In this document: piece after piece, positions 33,594 through 39,329 of the stretch
Numbering within the stretch: position 1 is the stretch's first letter
Layout of the letters: each line of letters opens with the position of its first letter
Assembly (NCBI GenBank): GCA_964460835.1
Contig: CAYWQF010000002.1
Location: 1 to 39,329, forward strand
Source of the DNA: an uncultured Candidatus Saccharibacteria bacterium
Lineage (GTDB): Bacteria; Patescibacteriota; Minisyncoccia; Phycocordibacterales; CAIZLB01
Length of the DNA stretch: 39,329 nucleotides
Reading direction: 5' to 3'
The notes under the pieces: model-generated
Databases searched by the model: none
Told to the model about the DNA's origin: nothing
What the model saw: only the letters and a program-made list of their open reading frames with translations
Made by a program: the position numbers and the translations under genes

Positions 33594-34736
33594 ATGAAAA
33601 TACTGATGACAGGAGGAGGCTCAGGAGGACACTTTTACCCGATAATAGCTGTCGCCGAGGAAATCCGTGAAATATGCAGAGTAGAAAAGATACTAGAGCC
33701 AGAGATATTTTTTATGTCGCCATCTCCTTACAACAGCAAGGAGCTTCTAGACAAAGATATACAGTTTGTAGCGACTACAGCAGGCAAGAGACGCGTAGGT
33801 GCCAAAGGTTTTTCTAAGATATTAAACTTTATAGATTTATTTAAAATGGCTTGGGGAATACTCACAGCTCTAGTAAAACTTTATAGTATTTTTCCAGATG
33901 TGGTTTTTGCAAAAGGTGGCTACACAAGCTTTCCTGCAATAGTAGCAGCAAAGATACTCGGTATACCAGTGATACTTCATGAATCAGACAGTGTGCCAGG
34001 ACGAGTAAATGCTTGGGCAGGTAAATTTGCTGAGAGAATAGCTCTTTCATACAAAGAAGCAGTATCTTTTTTTCCAGCTAACAAGACGGCATATACAGGT
34101 AACCCTGTGAGAAAAGCTATACGTGAACCCTTGACTACAGGAGCTGTAGAATACCTGCATCTAGAAGAAGGTCTACCTACTGTACTCGTACTAGGAGGCT
34201 CACAAGGCGCTAGAATCATCAACGACGCAATACTAAGCGCACTTCCGGTATTGGTAGAAAAATACCAGATAATACATCAGACTGGTAGAACAAATCTCGC
34301 GGAAGTGACTCGTACCGCAAATCTCATACTCGATAACAACCCACACGCATCTAGATATCACCCTTTTGATTATCTAAGTACACTTGCTATGCGTATGTCC
34401 GCCGGTGTTTCATCTGTAGTAATATCCCGAGGTGGTTCAACAATATTTGAAATAGCACTTTGGGGACTACCGAGTATTCTTGTACCTATTACAGAATCAA
34501 ACGGCGATCATCAGCGCAAAAACTCTTACAACTACGCTCGTGATGGAGGTGCTATAGTCATAGAAGAGAGCAATTTAAGTCCAGAGATTATTATGAATGA
34601 AATAATCAGAATATTAGAAAATCATAAAGTTGCAGACAAAATGCGCGATGGAGCAAAAAAGTTTGCTCGTACAGATTCAGCAACTATCATTGCAAGAGAA
34701 ATACTCAAGATCGCCTTAAAGCACGAAACACAATAA
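33594..34736 (+). CDS. murG: UDP-N-acetylglucosamine--N-acetylmuramyl-(pentapeptide) pyrophosphoryl-undecaprenol GlcNAc transferase
   Basis: N-terminal G-loop MTGGGSGGHFYP and a C-terminal GT-B domain with VISRGGSTIFE. Confidence 0.95.
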   Translation: MKILMTGGGSGGHFYPIIAVAEEIREICRVEKILEPEIFFMSPSPYNSKELLDKDIQFVATTAGKRRVGAKGFSKILNFIDLFKMAWGILTALVKLYSIFPDVVFAKGGYTSFPAIVAAKILGIPVILHESDSVPGRVNAWAGKFAERIALSYKEAVSFFPANKTAYTGNPVRKAIREPLTTGAVEYLHLEEGLPTVLVLGGSQGARIINDAILSALPVLVEKYQIIHQTGRTNLAEVTRTANLILDNNPHASRYHPFDYLSTLAMRMSAGVSSVVISRGGSTIFEIALWGLPSILVPITESNGDHQRKNSYNYARDGGAIVIEESNLSPEIIMNEIIRILENHKVADKMRDGAKKFARTDSATIIAREILKIALKHETQ

Positions 34737-36245
34737 ATGCCTAAAACAATCCCATTAGAAAATAAAAAAATAGTCACTCGCTTTGCACCAAGTCCTACAG
34801 GCTTTATGCATGTTGGTGGTGCTCGTACAGCTCTATATGCTTGGGCATTTGCACGTAAAGCAGGCGGAACTTTCATACTTCGCATAGAGGACACTGACCA
34901 AGAGCGAGCAGTGGAGGGATCCATAGAACACATCATAGAGTCACTCAAATGGATAGGATTAGACTGGGACGAGGGCGTGGATATAGGTGGTCCTCATGCA
35001 CCATACAAGCAGTCAGAGCGTCTCGACTCATATAAAAAGTATGCACAAATACTCATAGAAAAAGGTCTAGCTTATGCTGACCCATATAGCAAAGAAGAGC
35101 TAGAAGCTTTTCGTAGACTGGCCGAGGAAGAGAAGCGACCATTTTTGTATCGCAATCATCGTCCAGAAAATCCACCAACATGGGATGGTACTCAAGCACT
35201 TCGTTTCAAGACTCCAGAGATAAAACATTATGAATGGAACGATCTTGCACGTGGCGAGCTAAGCGCTGGCGAAGAAGCTCTTGATGATTTTATTTTGATA
35301 AAAAGTGATGGCTATCCTACATACAATTTTGCACATATTATAGATGACTTGGAAATGGGTGTAACTCATATCTTTCGCGCTGATGAATTTATATCTTCTA
35401 CACCAAAGTTTTTGTCTTTGTATGATGCTCTCGATATAGAGCGACCTCACTTTGTGACACTTCCACCTATCATGGGTCCAGATGGCAAGAAGAAGCTAGG
35501 TAAAAGAGATGGAGCAAAAGATATTTTGGATTATAAAAAAGAAGGCTATCTTCCTGACGCGATGATGAACTTCCTCGCTTTTATAGGCTGGAACCCTGGA
35601 GACGAAAGGGAAGTATTTACACCTTCAGATTTTATAAAAAGCTTTACTGTCGAGGGTATACAAACAGCTGGCGGTAAGCTAAATGATGACAAACTAAACT
35701 GGTTCAACAAGGAGCATTTACGACTTTTAAGTGATGAAAAATTTGCCGAACTGGCACTCCAGTATATACCAGAAGAGATGAAGAAAACTGAAAATTTTGG
35801 CGGCAAATTTACAAAAATAATTCCTCTTATACGCGAGAGAATTTCATACTTTGGTGAACTTTCTCAAGGAGAAAAATCAGAAGAAATTGAGATATTCTTT
35901 AAGACTCCTTCATATGATACAAACATACTTCTTTGCGCAGAACGACAACGCAAAGGTCTAAATATAAATCTAAAATCACTAGTACCTATACTAGAAAATC
36001 TTGCTAAAAAGATTTCAAAAGTTGAAGAAAATTCAACTACAACTCAAACGACACCAGATGATTTTAAAAATGCTATCTGGGATTATGCTGAGGAGCAGGG
36101 TAGGGGTGTTGTACTTTGGTGCCTACGAGTGGCACTTTCTGGCAAAGAGAGGTCACCAGACCCATTTACCCTATGTCATCTACTAGGTAAAGAAGAGTCT
36201 ACAAAGCGAATACAAAATGCAATAAATAACATACAGCGCACATAA
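34737..36245 (+). CDS. gltX: Glutamate--tRNA ligase
   Basis: RFAPSPTGFMHVGGARTALY (HIGH region) and a KLGKRDG (KMSKS-equivalent) motif. Its ATG directly abuts the murG stop. Confidence 0.95.
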   Translation: MPKTIPLENKKIVTRFAPSPTGFMHVGGARTALYAWAFARKAGGTFILRIEDTDQERAVEGSIEHIIESLKWIGLDWDEGVDIGGPHAPYKQSERLDSYKKYAQILIEKGLAYADPYSKEELEAFRRLAEEEKRPFLYRNHRPENPPTWDGTQALRFKTPEIKHYEWNDLARGELSAGEEALDDFILIKSDGYPTYNFAHIIDDLEMGVTHIFRADEFISSTPKFLSLYDALDIERPHFVTLPPIMGPDGKKKLGKRDGAKDILDYKKEGYLPDAMMNFLAFIGWNPGDEREVFTPSDFIKSFTVEGIQTAGGKLNDDKLNWFNKEHLRLLSDEKFAELALQYIPEEMKKTENFGGKFTKIIPLIRERISYFGELSQGEKSEEIEIFFKTPSYDTNILLCAERQRKGLNINLKSLVPILENLAKKISKVEENSTTTQTTPDDFKNAIWDYAEEQGRGVVLWCLRVALSGKERSPDPFTLCHLLGKEESTKRIQNAINNIQRT

Positions 36246-36263
36246 ACATAAACCCATAAAATA

Positions 36264-37610
36264 ATGCCAGAAAAAAGTTTTTTAAAATCAAAATTTAAAA
36301 CTCACTTACTCACAGCGGTACTTTTTGGCACACTTATAGTCACAGGTTTTTGTTCGCAAATAAATAATGCCGATGCTCAAAGTGCGGTAAATAGTGCAAT
36401 CAACAGTAGCGCGGTAGAAGATCTGCAAAAGAAGATAGACGAGCGAAACAGAAACATAGAGCAACTCAATGCTGAGATCAAGCAATACGCCGAACTAGCT
36501 GACAAGACAAGTCAGGAAGCCAAGACATTACAATCACTGATAAAAAATCTTGAGGCAAATGCTAAGGCACTCAACTTAGATATTAAAAAAACTAGTGCCA
36601 AGATAGACATAGCAAATTTAGATATAAAGAAAATATCAATAAATATTAAAGGTTCTGAAGAAAAGATTACTACCCTCAAAGACGGTATTGCTTCTAGTAT
36701 TAATGAAATAAGTCGAAATGAAGACACTAGTATTGTAGAAAATCTACTCAATCAAAAAAGTTTTTCTGATCTACTCATAGGTATAGATTCACAACTAAAC
36801 TTCAACAATGCCATACAGACAAAAGTTGTACAGCTACAACAAGAAAAGCAAAATCTTGAAAAAAATAAAGGTGAACAAGAAAACAAAAAGAAAGAACTTG
36901 TGGACTTGAAAACAGAATTGTCAGATAAAAAGAAAGTTGTAGACAATACAAAGACCGAAAGAAACCAAGTACTAAAAGACACAAAAAATCAGGAGAAAAA
37001 CTATCAGCAAATGGTAGCTGATAGACAAGCAAAAAAAGCTGCTCTTGAAAAAGAAATATTTGATTATGAATCACAACTAAAATACACCCTCGATCCATCT
37101 AGTATTCCAAAGTCCGGCTCTAGTGCTTGGGCATGGCCTGTAGATAAAGTCATAATCACCCAAAAGTTCGGTAAGACTAGTGCCTCAAAAAGACTATATG
37201 TATCAGGTACTCACAATGGTGTGGACTTCGGCGTCCCTCTTGGCACCAAGGTGAAGGCCATGGGTGTGGGTACTGTAATAGGTACTGGAGATACCGATGT
37301 GACCTGTAAGGGCGCCTCATTTGGTCGATGGATACTCATACGTTATGACAATGGACTAGCAGCCACATACGGCCATTTATCGGTCATAAGTGTGTCAAAA
37401 GGCCAGCAGGTCATGACAGGGGATACAGTAGGCTACAGTGGCAGTACAGGCTATTCTACGGGGCCACATCTACATATATCGGCCTATGCTGCTGATGCCG
37501 TACAGGTACAGGACAGACCTTCAGCTACTTGTGGTGGTCGTACATATACTATGCCGATTGCGCCAGTAGATGCCTATCTTGACCCTATGTTATACTTCCC
37601 ATCATTGTAA
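36264..37610 (+). CDS. M23/LytM-family peptidoglycan metalloendopeptidase with an N-terminal coiled coil (EnvC-like architecture)
   Basis: Signal/anchor, about 230 aa of heptad-rich coiled coil, then HNGVDFG (HxxxD) and GPHLH (HxH) zinc ligands. Confidence 0.9.
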   Translation: MPEKSFLKSKFKTHLLTAVLFGTLIVTGFCSQINNADAQSAVNSAINSSAVEDLQKKIDERNRNIEQLNAEIKQYAELADKTSQEAKTLQSLIKNLEANAKALNLDIKKTSAKIDIANLDIKKISINIKGSEEKITTLKDGIASSINEISRNEDTSIVENLLNQKSFSDLLIGIDSQLNFNNAIQTKVVQLQQEKQNLEKNKGEQENKKKELVDLKTELSDKKKVVDNTKTERNQVLKDTKNQEKNYQQMVADRQAKKAALEKEIFDYESQLKYTLDPSSIPKSGSSAWAWPVDKVIITQKFGKTSASKRLYVSGTHNGVDFGVPLGTKVKAMGVGTVIGTGDTDVTCKGASFGRWILIRYDNGLAATYGHLSVISVSKGQQVMTGDTVGYSGSTGYSTGPHLHISAYAADAVQVQDRPSATCGGRTYTMPIAPVDAYLDPMLYFPSL

Positions 37611-37616
37611 ACATAT

Positions 37617-39329
37617 ATGTGCGGAATAGCAGGAATCATAGGCCCCAAAGAATACACATCTGACAAAATCGACCGCATGGTGGATATTATTTCTCATAGA
37701 GGTCCAGACGACCGAGGAGTGCTCGTAGAAGACTCTTTCGCTTTTGGTATGCGTCGACTATCTATTATAGACCTAGCTCGAGGTCATCAGCCTATATCAA
37801 ACGAAGACGGCACAGTTACCATAGTCTTCAATGGTGAGATATACAATCACCGTGAACTTCGCCCAACACTGATATCACTTGGTCACACACTCAAGACAGA
37901 AAGTGATACTGAAGTCTTGGTACATATGTATGAGCAGTATGGTCCAGATATGCTCAAAAAACTTCGGGGTATGTTTGCTTTTGCAATATTTGATAAAAAT
38001 AAAAATGAGATTTTTATTGCGCGAGATTTTTTCGGCATCAAACCACTTTACTATCGTGTGGAAAATGAAAAGATTGTAAGCTTCGGTTCTGAGATAAAAA
38101 GTCTTTTGGATTCTGTAACTACTAGCGCGCCGAAAAGCGCGCCAAAGATAAACGAGCAGGCTGTATACAACTATTTTGCATTTCAATACAATCCACTCGA
38201 AGAAACAATGTTTGAGGGTATATTTAAACTACTACCTGGACATTATATGACCATCAGTCTTGATGAGAGTGGCAAAGCTGGCTCATACAAAATAGAACCG
38301 TATTGGCATTATCAATTTGATCATAAAAAAGAATGGCCGAGTGTAACTGATGCTGACGAAAAATCTCTAGCTGAAGAAGTAAAAAAAGTTGTGGAGGATT
38401 CTGTCGAGCATCACATTATCAGTGATGTGCCTGTCGGCTCATTTCTATCTGGTGGAGTAGACAGTGGCATCATCGTTAGTACATTACAAAATCTACACAA
38501 AAAAGCTGGTGCCGAGTCTATCTCTACTTTCACCATAGGATTCGATCATGTGAGTGAATACACCGAAGCAAAACAAGTCGCTGATGCTATAGGTTCAAAA
38601 CATCACGAGATAAAAGTAAAGTTTGATGAATATTTTGATGAGCTACCAAAGATTGCGTGGCATTTTGATGAACCTGTAGCAGATCCTTCGGCTGTAGCTT
38701 TGTACTTCCTAGCTCGTGAAGCTCGTAAGAAAGTAAAAGTAGTATTGTCTGGTGAAGGCGCTGACGAGCTTTTTGGCGGATACAATATATATCGCGAGCC
38801 TTTTGATACTGCATACATAGCGCGACTTCCAGATTTTGTACAAAAATACCTTATACAACCTCTACTAAAAGTTCCTTTTAACTTCTACGGCAAAAACTAT
38901 ATTCGACGGTCAACAACAAGACTTGAAGATAGATATATAGGCAATGCTTATATATTTAAACCTGCCGATCAAAATAAACTTTGGAAAAACAGCACGCCGA
39001 TGTCTGGCACAAAATATGGTGCAAAAAAACTAAAATCCGTAGATATGTCTCCATATTATGACATTGTGAAAGGCGAGACTGACTCTAGAAAAATGCAATA
39101 CATAGACATACAGTTTTGGCTACCTGGAGATATACTCGCAAAAGCTGACAAAATGACTATGGCGCATTCGCTAGAGCTACGTGTGCCTTTTTTGGATATA
39201 GAAGTAGGGAAGTTGTCCTCTAGGATTCCTGATAAATATAAATACAAAGACGGCAAAACAAAGTACATACTACGCAAAGCTTTTGAAGGTATCGTACCTC
39301 AAGCCACAGCAGATAGAAAGAAGCTCGGA
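37617..39329 (+). CDS. asnB: Asparagine synthase (glutamine-hydrolysing) family amidotransferase (3'-partial)
   Basis: Hand translation from ATG 37617 gives MCGIAGIIGPKEY..., the Ntn Cys2 of class II amidotransferases. The PP-loop SDVPVGSFLSGGVDS is at about 38421, and the window ends in ...DRKKLG. The frame stays open to the window end, which is why it is absent from the ORF track. Confidence 0.9.
   Translation, partial: MCGIAGIIGPKEYTSDKIDRMVDIISHRGPDDRGVLVEDSFAFGMRRLSIIDLARGHQPISNEDGTVTIVFNGEIYNHRELRPTLISLGHTLKTESDTEVLVHMYEQYGPDMLKKLRGMFAFAIFDKNKNEIFIARDFFGIKPLYYRVENEKIVSFGSEIKSLLDSVTTSAPKSAPKINEQAVYNYFAFQYNPLEETMFEGIFKLLPGHYMTISLDESGKAGSYKIEPYWHYQFDHKKEWPSVTDADEKSLAEEVKKVVEDSVEHHIISDVPVGSFLSGGVDSGIIVSTLQNLHKKAGAESISTFTIGFDHVSEYTEAKQVADAIGSKHHEIKVKFDEYFDELPKIAWHFDEPVADPSAVALYFLAREARKKVKVVLSGEGADELFGGYNIYREPFDTAYIARLPDFVQKYLIQPLLKVPFNFYGKNYIRRSTTRLEDRYIGNAYIFKPADQNKLWKNSTPMSGTKYGAKKLKSVDMSPYYDIVKGETDSRKMQYIDIQFWLPGDILAKADKMTMAHSLELRVPFLDIEVGKLSSRIPDKYKYKDGKTKYILRKAFEGIVPQATADRKKLG

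Noticed and set aside
1-39329. CRISPR arrays, tandem repeats, IS elements, integrases, and intact tRNA/rRNA genes.
   Set aside because: Scanning the intergenic regions longer than 70 nt and the coding regions by eye showed no repeat-spacer periodicity, no transposase/integrase-like ORF and no cloverleaf-capable sequence. The only repeats are short: the 10-nt TAAATGGCTT x2, the AAGAAGG x2 inside the RNA candidate, and coding low-complexity in DnaK/DnaJ/His-rich tracts.

Overview
This looks like a mostly housekeeping chromosomal segment from a small-genome bacterium. GC is about 40-43% in hand-counted 60-nt lines. I infer a Patescibacteria/CPR (Parcubacteria-like) origin from a short AlaRS, an archaeal-type AspRS, compact ribosomal proteins and membrane-anchored ORFans; no database search was possible. 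Of 42 called genes, 41 are on the + strand. In order they are: pepF (5'-partial), one minus-strand ORFan, alaS, two ORFans, infA-rpmJ-rpsM-rpsK-rpsD-rpoA-rplQ-rplM-rpsI, then a gene-free 857-nt gap, grpE-(small ORF)-dnaK-dnaJ, and a compositionally mixed accessory stretch at about 16.8-24.6 kb. That stretch holds a higher-GC ORFan, a CvpA-like membrane protein, plsC, a very low-GC SAM methyltransferase with two tandem 7TM histidine kinases and no response regulator, and a higher-GC alpha/beta hydrolase cassette. After it come trpS, aspS, an LMW phosphatase, scpA/scpB split by an ORFan, a dac-mraY-ftsW-murG cell-wall block, gltX, an M23 peptidase and asnB (3'-partial, missed by the ORF track). 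The most interesting signal is the rpsI-grpE gap. It has its own sigma70-like promoter, an intrinsic terminator and a dense set of stems capped by UUCG and GNRA tetraloops. That makes it a candidate large (~680 nt) ornate ncRNA that I cannot assign to RNase P, tmRNA, SRP, 6S or group I/II introns by eye. Secondary signals are a terminator-containing leader in front of plsC, a tRNA 3'-half-like GC-rich patch antisense inside the second kinase gene, and several autonomous promoter-gene-terminator cassettes of deviant GC. I found no CRISPR array, transposase, integrase or intact tRNA/rRNA gene.
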